Shown in pieces: positions 13,451 through 27,225 of a DNA stretch of 64,000 bases. This DNA comes from the human T2T-CHM13v2.0 reference genome, Homo sapiens. Numbering within the stretch: position 1 is the stretch's first letter; each line of letters begins with the position of its first letter. Location: the NCBI RefSeq assembly GCF_009914755.1, contig NC_060926.1. One strand, 5' to 3'. The translations under genes were made by a program, and so were the position numbers. A model generated the notes under the pieces. It was not told the DNA's origin, made no database searches, and saw only the letters and a program-made list of their open reading frames with translations.

Positions 13451-14139
13451 AGATATAAAAATGATGTACAATGTCAGTGACTTATTTTCACATAGAGAAG
13501 CAGCCCCCTGCCTTGGCAATGCTATAATGTACTTTCCCCCAACTAGAACTCCACAGAGACTATTAATGCTACCATTTTCCATAATACACTGTTAAACAAT
13601 CATGTGTTTTTGTTAGTGCATTAAAACACTGAATTTACTTAATGACTACTCAGTGAGGCAGCGGCTACAGAAAAGGGAGGAGTTTTTGTTTCCTTTGCAA
13701 GCACAGGAGTTCGTTCCCTGGGCAGGAGAATTTAACAGGTAGCAATGGATATGAATCAAAGCACTGGAATTCACATACCTAGAGAGGAAGGTGCACTCTT
13801 ACGTCTTTTCAAGGGAAAGCAGAAAATGAAGTCGAAGTGCAGTATTAGTGTTCCTTGACTTTAAAAAATTTTCTTTAGAATATGAAAGAAGTTTCTGGAA
13901 GGCAGAAAGCCTTTGAGGTTCCAAGACATATACTTGGACATGGGAGTGAAGGTTCAATAGAAAAGGAAAGTGACAGCAGAGCGCTTTAGCTGAGAAGAAG
14001 AGAAGAACAAGGAGCGGCTACAGAGGCACCCAGCTCTCAGGGTCTACGGGGCAAGCCCTCAACGCGGGGGGCTGGCGCTCCTACTGCAGCCTGCACCTCT
14101 GGCAGTGGGGAGGGGGCACAGGTTTGCACCCTGCTGGGG

Positions 14140-14300
14140 GTCACACATACATTAGCTCATTTCATCCTTCTATGAAAGCCCATTCAATAGAAGCAGAAAA
14201 TAGATTCAATGGGATTAGGTGATTACCCAGTGTCTGTCGGCTAGTGAATTGGAAAGCTGGAATTTAACACTAAGCCTGTCTGTCCTCAGAGCCACCACAC
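14140..14300 (-). mobile_element. MIR fragment
   Basis: attagctcatttcatcct...ggtgattaccca...agctggaatttaacactaagcctgtctg. Confidence 0.6.
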
Positions 14301-15373
14301 ACCTTTGCCTCCATTGGCTGTCACTAATTTCCAGCTGTAGGGGATGTTCTGGGATTGCTGCCATTTAGTGCCCATGGAGCACAAGTAAGGAGGAAAGCTA
14401 TTTCCTCCAAAGAAGCAATAAAACAAATAAAAAACAAGAAACCACTTTCCTGATGAGTCCCACATCCCACTGCGCTGTATTTATGTGCACATTTGTTAAC
14501 TTGCACACTTCCATGATTTTTTGCAAGCTTCTTACTCATTGTTCACTAACTCCTTTGGTACAGGGCCAGGTGTTATATTTTTATAAGAAATAGTTTTAAA
14601 ACAACTGTTTTCTGCTGAATAGAGCATTTTATTCAGGAGACCTCCAGTAAATACTGATGGACAACTTGTGGGTAAGGGAAAGGTCACTTTGTTTTACAAA
14701 ATCTTTGGGAAAAGGAATCTGTCTTATTCACAGTGCTATCTTCAACACCTGCACTGGACTACAGTAAGTGCTCAATAAATAGGTACAAAATCAACATCAT
14801 GCACTCAGGAATTTCAAAGTCTTCCTGATATGCTGATGGACCAGTGATTTTTACTCAGGATCCTTGGGGGCTTGAACCAATACTGGTACCTCACAGCCTA
14901 ACTGAAATGAGCAAAAAAGATGGATAACGTGAAGTGGAATGCTGTGGTTATGGAAAGGGCAGACAATTATAGGCAAAGACAACTTGATGTCAGCTCAGCA
15001 TCCTCCCGGTTGCTATGCAACCCCAGAGAAGTCCCTTGTCTTACCTGGCCGCTTTAACCTCACCACACCTGTTCCCCCATCTGAGAGATAATTACAACAC
15101 TTACTGTGTCAGGCAGTCAACAAGTATTTATGGAATGCCCACAGGGCACAGAGCAATAAACCTATTGCTTACTTAAGCCAGGAAATCAAGCTACAGCAAA
15201 GCAGAGGATTAGTACAAATACCTGGGCAAACGTGCCACCCGCAGAAGCATTAGGTTCTTAAATCCTCCAGGTAATTGTGGTCACACATTAGTCTTGGCTT
15301 TAGGGCCTTTTAAAGTAGTATCTGAAATATCTTGTCTATCCACTTTAGTTCAAGTGTGTGAGTGTGTGTGTGT

Positions 15374-15849
15374 GTGTGTTGGCTTTCCATCTCCGCTTAA
15401 CAAATCACCTCAAACTTAGTGGCTGAAAACAACACAGATATATGATCTTAGAGTTTGACCGCTAAAAGTTTAAAATGCATGAAAACCAAGGTGCTAGCAA
15501 GACCACGTTCTGTTCTGGAGGCTCTAGGGGAAACTCTGTTCTTGCTCCTTGCAATTTCTCAGGGCCATCACATTCTTTGGTTTGTGGCCCCTTTTTCCAT
15601 CTTCAAAGCCAGCGACACTGGACAAGTCTTTCTGATGCTCTCATCTTTGGAATTCTCTTTCCTCTGTCTTCCTCCCCCACATCTAAGGGCCTTTATGATT
15701 ACATTGTACCCATCCAGATAATCCAGGATAACCTCCCCAACTCAAGGTGGATGATTAGCAACTTTAATTCCCTCTTGCCATGTTACCTAACATATTCACA
15801 TGGTCTGCGGATTAGGACATGGGAGGGACGTGCTTTTCTGCCTACCACA
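15374..15849 (-). mobile_element. MLT1D-like MaLR solo LTR
   Basis: aacaaatcacctcaaacttagtggctgaaaacaacaca ... ttctgcctaccaca terminus. Confidence 0.8.
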
Positions 15850-16009
15850 TGTGTGTCTGGCTGTAATTATTTATCTATTGAGAGCAATGAAAGGTCATTC
15901 ATTCTATGGGTACAACTCAGGACCTTATGTAAGATCATCTATTGCCTTCAGAACTTTATGCTCTCAGGAAGGTGATAAGTATGTAAAATATTAACAACCA
16001 AAACCAACC

Positions 16010-16225
16010 CTGTAGTTTGCAAAGCACTTTGACATTCATCCTTTTGGTTAGAACCTCTCAGCTACTTTGCAAGACAAGTAAGGAAACTATTATTATCTCT
16101 GAATCACAGATGAGTAAACTGAGGCACAGAGGTTTTTTGTTTTTTTTTTCCCTTAAGGACAGAAAACAGCATATTCAAACCGAGGCATGTGGGTTTCTGG
16201 TCTGGTGCTCTTTATCCTCCCCGTA
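16010..16225 (-). mobile_element. MIR fragment
   Basis: acagatgagtaaactgaggcacagagg core. Confidence 0.75.
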
Positions 16226-18951
16226 CTGCAAACACCTTTACAGTATGTGTCATATTGACATATGTTGCCAAAAGAAGAGATCCTGCTCCTATTTCATGAA
16301 AGGAAAACAGATGTGAGGTTGTTCAGAAACTCAATAAAGTGCATAAAGTATGCCCCTTGCAGAGCTGAGGCACCAGATTCTCCCTCCATTAATTCAGTCT
16401 TATCCCTGATCCACGCTTGCAAAGCAAGAGACAAGGGAACGAAAGGACAGAAAGAATTTCTACAGGTTGAGTCACCATTTGGACGCAGAACAACGTGGCA
16501 ATGTGGGCACTTCATGCACACAGTTAAAATAAGTCACACGCTTTATGTCTGCATATTTTCTTTGTATGAATAAAAGAATGCAGCTGTACGATGGCCTTGG
16601 CCTTGTGTGGACAGTGGTAGCTACGTACCTGAACACAGACAATGAGAGAAGTTGAGAACTTTCATTAAAATATTTCAGTCATGTAAGCCAATGAGCATTA
16701 TTTTAGTCTCCATAAAGCTGCATTGTTTCAATAGAGAATCCAAGGCCAGAAATGTGCTCATTCTAGGCACAATCTCACAGTTTGTCCTGATGTCTTACCT
16801 TGAGGGGGTGTGGGCAATGATTCTTGTGCCCAATGCAAAGAGATGCCCTGATGATTAGTGTAAGGTGGCCAATCCTGATGACCAGGTTCAGACATCCAGA
16901 GCCTGCCAGCCAGCAAATCAGGCCCTACATTTTCTCCCTCTCCATTTTTTCCTTTCCTTTCCAGAAGCGGTCAGCTTCTAGAAGCCACCCACAGTGGCCT
17001 CTACAAATAAGATGTTACTTCTGAAGTAAGATCATTGTCTTCCTTCCGATACCCTCTGACGAAACCTCTGAAGGTGAAACACTAGCAGAGGCTGAAAAGT
17101 CATGATCACCTGCTGGTAATGCCCCACAAAGGCACGGAGGACACACGTGCTGAGCAGTACCTGATGCAGCAGCCTCTGGAGATAAGACTTTCCCCAGAAT
17201 CCCCAAATTCTCACGTACACGGCATCGTCCATGACTCTGACAGTCATATTGATGACAGATACGAAAAAACATGGTCGTTGGTATCATAGAGGAAACTACA
17301 TAAATGTAAATGCATAAAGGGAAGTCGAGTGTGACTCCCTTTCTTAATTGTCTAACGCAATTCCCACTAGATGCATAAATTGCAGTTCCTATTAACGGCA
17401 CTATGAATAATAATCGGTTTACTTTCTGACTTGTATCTAAATATACTTTCTATATGATTTCATCTTTTATTCAGCTGTTTAAAAGCAGAACATCTAATTA
17501 CAGTTCCTATTAGTCAACATTAATTTTTTTTCTTTTTGCCATGGAGCATGTGTGATGACTGATTTTCTAAAAACAGAATTCTTTAGCATATGGAACAAAT
17601 CGTGTTATTATTAATGCATTCCCAGATGACTCTGCATATCAATTCTCTTAATTATTTAGTCATTGCTGATTATGTCTTTTTATAATTCATTACCCTATTT
17701 CTCGCAGTGCAGGCATTTTATTCATTAAGTGTCAAAATGAAGGGCTTGACCTCCAAAAAAAAAAAGATAATCAGGAAATACCGACACAGTTTTACAAGTC
17801 TGCGCTTCCCTTCTGGAACATTTTCATGCTGTGTGATAACATGCTTTAAACAACTTTTCCAAGGACATCAGTAGGTACACATGACAGGGTTGCAGGCAGA
17901 GGTTGGAGGGACGTCGAGCAGGGGAGGCTGTGGAGTTGCTCACACGAGGTTTTTCTAAAGATGAGACGGCACCAGTTCCAACTACAGCTCAATCACACTG
18001 CCATGTTCTCATTCTAAACAAAAATGCCATTTGTGTAATAGATTTTTATACCAGTTTTATTCAAAAGCTAACAGGATGCTTCCAAAAGAGCTCTTTAAGT
18101 AGTAGTACTGGGAAGTCTAGGATAAGAAACATTTACTAAATTAAAAGAGGACTAGGTCTTAATAAGAATTCACTTTGCCTTCAGGCTGATCCTACTGAAG
18201 TTATGAAACCTGACCTGGAGTACATAACAAGGCCTGTGTACTACGATCCTCATGCTCATGTTGGCTCATTATTTCAGTGAGGTCTGTGCACCTTGTCTGA
18301 GACCAAATTCATTACTTAGAAAAGGCAAATAAAAAATATGAAAAAGAATCAAGGAAGCTGAGACTGTGAGGAGATTAAAGGAGAACAAACACACCTACTT
18401 CTACCTGGTTAGAGCCTTCTCTGTATCTAAGATGTCAGCTTCACACAGATGGAATTTTGGGAAGAATCTCCCCAGGCTTCCTCAACAACTCTGCTTTATT
18501 TGTAACCTAGATGGTAGCCACTACAGTAGCAAAGATCACAGTCACATAGAACAAAACAGTTCACCTGTTTATAAAGTGCACCTTCCAGCTAAACACATGG
18601 CTGCTGACCCTACCAAGTTGAGTACTACTGAGCAAGTTGTTCTAATGAAACCCATTCTGTCTGTTTTCTGACTAAGAGCAAACAATAGATGCCAAATACT
18701 CAAAGAAGGGGTGTACCTAGGCACAGCCAACCTTGCAATGGAGGGGTCCAAGAAGAGTGTTATGACCTTCAGCTCAATACCCACCTGAGGGTCTACAAGG
18801 GTTGAAGCTGAAGAGGCCAAGAAAGAAACTTTCTTGGGGGAAAGTTGCTGTAGTATGTGGCATTTTTCCTCCCCTATCTGTAGTGGGTAAGGGGATGACA
18901 GATATTTCTTTCTCACCTCTAGCCTAAGTAAAAGAGCTTCTAATCACACAA

Positions 18952-18978
18952 ACCACCACCACCACCACCACCACCACC
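18952..18978. repeat. (ACC)9 trinucleotide repeat
   Basis: Perfect run. Confidence 0.95.
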
Positions 18979-19541
18979 CTCAAAGGACTTTATATTTGTT
19001 CTGGGGGCTTGGGGATAACTAACTGAAGCCTGAAAAAGCCCACAGGGGAAAGGCAACTGAATGGCCTGAGATATAGCACAGAAGGGTATACTGGATGTGA
19101 ACTGCACTCCCACCTACAGAGAGACAAAATATACTACTGCATGCAGAAGCTGAGTTGGAGCACGCATAGGGAAGGAAGGGCAGGTCCTGGGGAAGATTGA
19201 AAGGGAGGCACTACCTTCATCAAGTAAGCTACAGCTTGACATTCACATGGGGAAAATCTTTCTGGAACCATGAAAACATCCCACAAGAAAAAGAACCCTC
19301 CAATCTCCAATGCCAGCTCACAGGAATAGCCAAGTAAGATTGTTCCAGCCCCTTACCACTCTTTTATCACACTAGCTCCAGCTCCTGGAGGAGCCAGGGC
19401 CCCAGCTAAAAAATAAAAGAAGGAGAAATACAAGGCAGTGGAAGAGAGAAGGGGCAACCATGTCCCTCCACCCCTCCCAGGATTACAGCCCAAAGAAGGC
19501 CCAAGGTGGAGGAAGGAAAAACTTGAAGTTTAGAGCTTTGA

Positions 19542-19751
<210 letters not shown>

Positions 19752-19957
19752 TGACACATTTTTGTCACTAAGAGTGACTGGAGAACTTTTTTATTATATA
19801 ACAATGTCTAGAAACACCATGGAAGCTATGAGATTTCATCCAGGGGCAGGGGAGGAAGTAGCCCACAAAAAAAGGTCTAGAGAGACAATGAGAAGAAAAA
19901 TAGAGTTGCTTTATGATCATGAATTGTTCAGTCTTATTCCTTGGATGTATCAGTTGC

Positions 19958-20120
19958 ATTTTTTATTATAGCAAAATATAACAAAATTTTACCACTGTAA
20001 CCATTTCTAGGTGTACAGTTCAGTTTAAGTATGTTCACACTGTTGTACGACCAGCACCACCATCCATCTGTAGAACTTCTCCATCTTCCCAAACTGAAAC
20101 TCCATACTCATTAAACAATA
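19958..20120 (-). mobile_element. L1MB 3' end fragment
   Basis: aaaattttaccactgtaaccatttctaggtgtacagttcagt...cccaaactgaaactcc. Confidence 0.75.
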
Positions 20121-20219
20121 TGTAATGATTGCATTTTAATGAGCAAATAGAAGAATTCAGCACAAGTCCCGGCTCCTGCCTTTGGCACTTACTCCATGCT
20201 GCTGCTGCTGTTTTACTTT

Positions 20220-20531
20220 TACTTATTCAATTTCTGATGCTCTTATTTTCTTTGTGTAGATCTGACTTTCTGACTATATCATATTCCTTCTGCCTAAAAA
20301 ATTGCCTCCAACATTACTTGTAGAGTATGTCCACTAGCAATTAATTCCCTCAGTTTTTGTTTGAGAAAGTATTTCTCCTTAACGTCTGAAGCATATTTTT
20401 GCTGTGCATAGAATTCTGGGTTGAGAGTTTTTTTTTTTTTCCTCTTTCAGCATGTTAAAGATGTCACCCCACTGTTTTCTTGCTTGTTAGTTTCTGACAA
20501 GAAGTCCGCTGTACTACTTATCCTGGTTCCT

Positions 20532-20568
<37 letters not shown>

Positions 20569-22250
20569 ACATGGATATTTACCTTGCAAGGTATCCTCTT
20601 GAGTTTGAGCTTCTGGGGTATGTGGTTTGGTGTCTGTCACTAATTTTGGAAACTTCTTGGCCCTTATTTCTTCTGCCCTGCTGTCTTTATTTTCCCCTCT
20701 GTGATTCCAGTTACATGAATGTTACCATTTGATATTATCCAATAGGTCTTGGATGATCTGTTCTTTTTTTTTTTTTTTAAATCTCATTGCATTTCAGTTT
20801 GGGTAACTTTGGTTGACTTATCTTCATGCTCACTGATTGTTCAATGATGTCCAGTCTATTGATGAACTCATTAAATGCATTCTTTATCTCTGTTTTCCAT
20901 TTTAAAAATTTTTTATTTGGCTCTCTCTTGTAGTTTCCATCTCTTTGGCGACATGGCCTATATAATCTTGCATGCTGTTTACCTTCTCCATAAGAGCCAT
21001 TAACATATTGATTGTAGCCATTTAAATTCTTTGTCTGAGAGTTCTAACATCTGTGTCAAATCTAATTCTACTTCTGATGACTGCTTTATCCCTTCAGACT
21101 GTTATTTCTTGCTGTTTTGTAAGTCTTGTAATTTTTTGTTGAAAGCCAAACATGTCATCTAGGACAGTGGATTCCAGGTAAGCACATTGCATGCTTGGAG
21201 ATGAGGATGCCTTCCTCCTCTGTTAGTTCTTCAGTGTGGAGGTTTCTGTTAATGTGGTCAGGAGTCTAGTTGTTTGTGAAGACTGCTATCTGCTTGGCTA
21301 TGAGTGTCCCTCCTTGGCTTTGGGTCTCCCTTTGCATGGTTCTCCAAGTTGTATTCCACTGTTATTCTTCTCAAAGCTTGTTAGTGTGGTGGTTGGAGAG
21401 TGGAGGAGAGAAGATGGTATCTGATGTTCCGATTAAGCCTCAGCCTCAGGTAGGCACTCTGAACAAGAGTCTTGGTGGTGTGTCCTTCACAAGTGTTCCT
21501 GAGCTTTCTCCAGATATACCGTAATGTTAGGTAGCGCACATTCCTGCCCCTTCCCCATGGGTAGAGTTTTTTGTGTTCTTCTTTTCTCCTCCTCTGGGTA
21601 CAGTGAGTTTCCACCAGGAACCTCAGGATACATTTTGGTTGCCCTTCCTCCTGTAGATTAGGGCATTTGTTTCTTAGGAATGACAGGGAATATGATTCTG
21701 AGTTGAATATTGCTAGTGGTTGCCATTCTTCTTCCCCTTCTCTAGAGGGATCCACCAGTGCCCTCAGGCTGCAGTTCTGTATCCTTCCTGAAGATTAATG
21801 TTCTAGTCAGTAGGAAAGATGAAGGACATGGGTTCAGCTAGAGGTTCTGCAGTGGCTGCTGTTCAACTTCCTCGGTCAAGACCACAGGAAAGGCTTCTCG
21901 AGATTCTCCCAGGTCTTCCCTTGGGGCACCTGGCAGAGGAGACGCCTACAACAAAGTACAAACCTCCCCGGGTCTGCCACCCTCTCCTGCGAGCCCATGT
22001 TCAGCCTTTAGCAATTTGTTTAAAGTTTCTAGCCAGATCTTCTTACTGGCTCATACGGTCTTGTGTGGTGTTCCCCATGTAAGCAAATGTCCAAGTCCTG
22101 CTTCTTCCTGACACGTCTATCTCTCTTCATATTTCAGACTGTTGTTTTCCATGCTATTTCAGATCTCCCAAAGGAGTTTTCTGTTTCTTTGGCTTTTTTT
22201 CCTGTTCTAAGAGGGGGATTACTGCTCCTTCCAGATTACTGCCTTTAGCT
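20220..22250 (-). mobile_element. Old L1M ORF1/5' region, with an internal (CT)n(GT)n tract at ~20533-20567
   Basis: T-rich antisense L1 ORF1 motifs (ccctcagtttttgtttgagaaagtattt; tagaattctgggttga; tttctgacaagaagtcc). Confidence 0.7.
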
Positions 22251-22270
22251 CTGAGTTGAAATATTGCTGA

Positions 22271-22409
22271 GTTTTTATTTTGTTTTGTTTTTAGAGATGG
22301 AGTCTTACTATGTTGCTCAGGCTGGCTTTGAACTCCTAGGTTCAAGCAATCTTTCCACCTAAGCCTCCCGAGTAGCTGGGACTACAGGTGCATGCCACGG
22401 TGCCCAGCC
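22271..22409 (-). mobile_element. FLAM_C / free left Alu monomer
   Basis: Single ~130-bp monomer tagagatggagtcttactatgttgctcaggctgg...tgcccagcc. Confidence 0.85.
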
Positions 22410-22800
22410 TGTTGCTGTTTTATCAGCACTTTACCAAGTTGTGTGCAATCTTTAATCTCTGAGCTAAACAACTAGCCTGGGTCAAGCACATGTTGCAGCT
22501 TCCATTGTCGGAGAAGAAAATGAGTTAGAAAACTTATTACTGTATTTACTACATTGAATATGCATGACCAATCCTTCATTTTCAAGTAATCACAGTGTCA
22601 TTATAAACTCTAAATTCACTCAGAAGTGACTTCTTATCAGAAGTAAAAAAACAAAGTTTATAATTTTAGATGCCTTTGCCTTCTTATGAAGACATATGCA
22701 GAATTCCATCTCTGACTCGTTTCTGGACCCTGGAAATAACTGGCTTTTTATAGCAATAACTCAAGGGACTGAATATAATTTAAAAGTAATATACCCAATA

Positions 22801-23020
22801 CAGGTTGAGCATACCAAATTCCAAATTTCAAAATCCAAAATCTGAAATACTCCAAAATCTGAAAGTTTTTGAGCACCAACATGATGCTCAAAGGAAATGT
22901 TTATTGTAGCATTTAGGATTTTAGATTTGGGATGTTCAACTGGTATAATGCAAATATTCCAAAATCCAAAATCTGAAACACTTACACTCCCAAGCATTTC
23001 AGATAAGAGATACTCAAATC
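22801..23020 (+). mobile_element. Tigger4a (MER46-type) MITE
   Basis: TA|caggttgagcat...aaatccaaaatctgaaa repeats...gatactcaa terminal inverted repeat. Confidence 0.8.
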
Positions 23021-23738
23021 ATTAAAGTACTTATTGAGACTATTAGGTGGGTGCTACAAAATCATTTCCCGACAGAAATGTAGGGAATCTCATTCTAATC
23101 AAATTAAAACTGTACATCAATGAAAAATACAACGTTGAAACCGACAATCCTTCATCCATGGTAAATGAATGTCAATCAATTTCCCCTCCTGTGTCTTTGT
23201 TTAAACGTCTATGTAAAGTCTGGAGATTTTCTGAGCCTATCTCTTTGGCAACTCCCACTATTTTAATTCACAGTCCTTTCAAGTCCAAGCAAATTTCTGA
23301 GTTTCACATTGCTCTCCTAGTTGGATAAATCTTTATATAGAAAGCACTTACATTTCAGTAGGAGGGTTTAGTCATTTGTCAATAAATGAGATAGCTGGTT
23401 CAAGCAATCTACCAAGTTTATTTCTATGTGAAAATACTGCTAGAAGTTAGCAGGTATACATGATCTACATGATTTTAAATTCTTTGTGAATTCTCAAAAT
23501 AAATCTTTAGAAATATAGTATACTAGAACATGTATTATAAAAATTACTTTGCCTGGGTAATCTAATTCATCATTGGGCATACTTAGTATAGCCATATATA
23601 CATACTTATAAACACAACTTACAGGTATAAGTTGACATAAATGAACATAAACTGACAATCAACTAAGAAGGCAAAGACATTTAAATAAGCACATTGTATT
23701 TAAAGAGATAAAAAGCTATCAACTACCTATCAAATGAA

Positions 23739-23757
23739 TGTTCCACCAGGGGGTGTA
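23739..23757 (+). promoter_or_regulatory. CTCF core-like motif
   Basis: tgttCCACCAGGGGGTGTag versus consensus CCACCAGGGGGCGC. Motif match only. Confidence 0.4.
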
Positions 23758-25368
23758 GTATGCATTTATTATGTCTGCAGCCAATTTACCTGGCGTATGC
23801 ACCTAAAAACAGTTGAACAAAAAGTATATTTTTGTAGAATGATTTATGACGTCCCACTGGCTTTCATTTTTATTCCAAGGAAGCTTTGTCTGTATATTTT
23901 ATTGCTTTTCAATTAAATCCAAAGTTATTTCCAACACTTTTGGTTTTCAAATTAAAGCTAAGTTGTAAAGAAAACTGTAAACAAATATCTAGATTCTTCA
24001 GGGAAGTCTGCTATTAATGCTAGATTAATTCTTTCCTATAGCCAAGAATCTTTTAGCAAAGCAATTGTTTCTTAGCGTTAAATACAATCTCACAAATATT
24101 CTACAAATGGATTTTATAGGTTGAGATTTCCTTTAAGTAAAGCTCGTCGCTAATGAATCTGGAAATATTCAGTTATTTTAACAAGAATAATAGCAGCTAA
24201 CAGTCATTAGTCCCAAAATAAAGTGTTTCCTTCAATCTCAGATTTACAAAATTGGTTTACCTCCACAACCACATTTGATGAATGAAAACATTTTATTAGA
24301 TATGTTGATTCACTAAGATGTGCGTATTCACAAATTTATCCAGCAATAGATGTAACAAGCATATGAAATAATAAATGAGAACAGTAGCTTTTTTCCTTGC
24401 AAAATGTACACTCTACTGACATCTATATTGGGTCAGCATCACCCAGCCACTAAGCACCAAAGCTGTTGTTGAACGCAGGAGTGGCTGATGCTAAGGCTCA
24501 AGCTCTGGTGAAAACCCACACTGTGTGGTCAGGGGAGCCGGAGCTTCTGCCACTGGGAAACTCTTGGTTTCTCCTGACTCTCCATCTTTACCTTCCCCCT
24601 CCTGGGGAAGAGGACAGCCTTGCCTGTTGTTGCTCTTACTGGGGGTAATGTGGGAAGGATGCCTCCACCAGGAGGTGCCAGTCATCATAGAGCTCCATGG
24701 AAGGCAGCACAGCACAGGCGGATGCAAAAAGAATCCAACATTTCGAGATGCATTATTCAGTAACTAGGTTACACATGAATACACACTCAAGATCAATTTG
24801 TAAGGAACTATCAAAGGCACAGTCATGCATCGCTTGACAACAGGGATTCATTCTGAGAAATGCGTTGTTGGGTGAATTCGTCGTTGTGCAAGCATCATAG
24901 AGTGCACTTACACAAACCTGGGTGGCACAGCCTGCTACACACCTAGCCTATATGGTATGGCCTATTGCTCATAGCCTACAAAACTGTGCAGCATGTTACT
25001 GTACTCAATACTGTAGGCAACTGTAACACCCCTGCAACACACGGGTAAGTATGTTGTGTATCTGAACATACCGAAACATAGAAAAGGTGCAGTAAAAATA
25101 CAGTATAAAAGGTTGAAAATGGTCCATCTGTATAGGGCTTTTTCCATGAATGGAGTTTGAAAAACTGGAAGGTGCTCTGGGTGAGTCAGTGAGTGAGTGC
25201 TGAGTGAAATGTGAAGGCCTAGGACATTACCGTACACTACTGTAGACTTTATAAACACTATGCACTTAAGCTACACTAAATTAATAAAAATATTTTTCTT
25301 TCTTCAATAATAAGTTAACCTTAGCTTGCTGCACCATTTTTACTTTATGAACTTTTAAAGTTTCTTAA

Positions 25369-25816
<448 letters not shown>

Positions 25817-25885
25817 TGGTTTTTAAATTTTTTTCTTACTTTTAAAACTTTTTTGTCAAAATTAAGTCACAAACATACATATTAG

Positions 25886-26242
<357 letters not shown>

Positions 26243-26435
26243 TCCCCTACATCTTTTCCCACTGGAAGGTCTTCAAGGGCAATTATATGCATGAAGTTGT
26301 CATCTCCTAGGACAACAATGCCATCTTCTGGAACACCTCTGGAAGGATCTGCCTGAGGCTGTTTTACAGGTAACTTTTTAATATATAAGCAGAAGGAATA
26401 TGCTCTAAAATAACAATAAAAATTATAGTATAGTC

Positions 26436-26670
26436 CAGGGGTATCCAATGTTTTGGCTTCCCTGGGTATACTGGAAGAAGAACAAAATTGTCTTGGGTCA
26501 CATATAAAATACACTAACACTAACAATAGCTGATGAGCTAAAAAAAAGAAAAAAAGAAAATAAAAAGGTCCGTGCATAAAACTCATGTTTTAAAAAAGTT
26601 TACGAATTTTTGTTGGGCCGCATTCAAAGCCGTCCTGGGCTGCATGCAGCCCGCAGATTGGACCAGCTTG
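26436..26670 (+). mobile_element. MER30 hAT-Charlie MITE
   Basis: caggggtatccaatgttttggcttccctggg...ttggaccagcttg with a perfect 8-bp TSD gtatagtc (26428-26435, 26671-26678). Confidence 0.9.
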
Positions 26671-27124
26671 GTATAGTCAATACATAAACCAGTGACACAA
26701 TCGCTCCTTGTCATTCTCAACTGTTCTGTATTGGACATACCTGTATGTGCTGGGCTTTTATCCGACTGGAAGCACAGTAGGTTTGCCGACACTAACATCA
26801 CCACAGGCAGTGAGTAATGCCTTGTGCTATGACCTCGTGATGACCAAAACATTGTTATGCGGCACATGACTATTTCTAAGCTCACTAGGGCCCCTCGTGT
26901 CACACAACAGGCATTTGAGAGCCTCAGTCTAACTTCTCACAAGCAATCTGCAGCTTCTCACCAATGAAGAAACAAAGGCAGCCAGGGCACAACCTTTCAT
27001 TTCCCCAAGGCTGTGAGAAAGAGGTGGTATAAACACAAGTCTTGTGTCCCCAAAAGAAGAATTTATTCCTTCTTACATTTTGGAAATATTGATATTTTAA
27101 AAAAATTACTCTGTGTGATTTTAG

Positions 27125-27225
27125 GAATGTGAGCTGGGCTCTGGGAGGCCTGAGTTTAAACTCCGTCTCTTACTCGCTGTGTTAACCTCTCTGCATCTCA
27201 GTTTCCTTCTCTGTAAGACAAGATG
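27125..27225 (+). mobile_element. MIR fragment
   Basis: ttaacctctctgcatctcagtttccttctctgtaa core. Confidence 0.65.

Noticed and set aside
15475-15975. 166-aa ORF
   Set aside because: Lies mostly in an antisense MLT1D LTR and has no recognisable domain.
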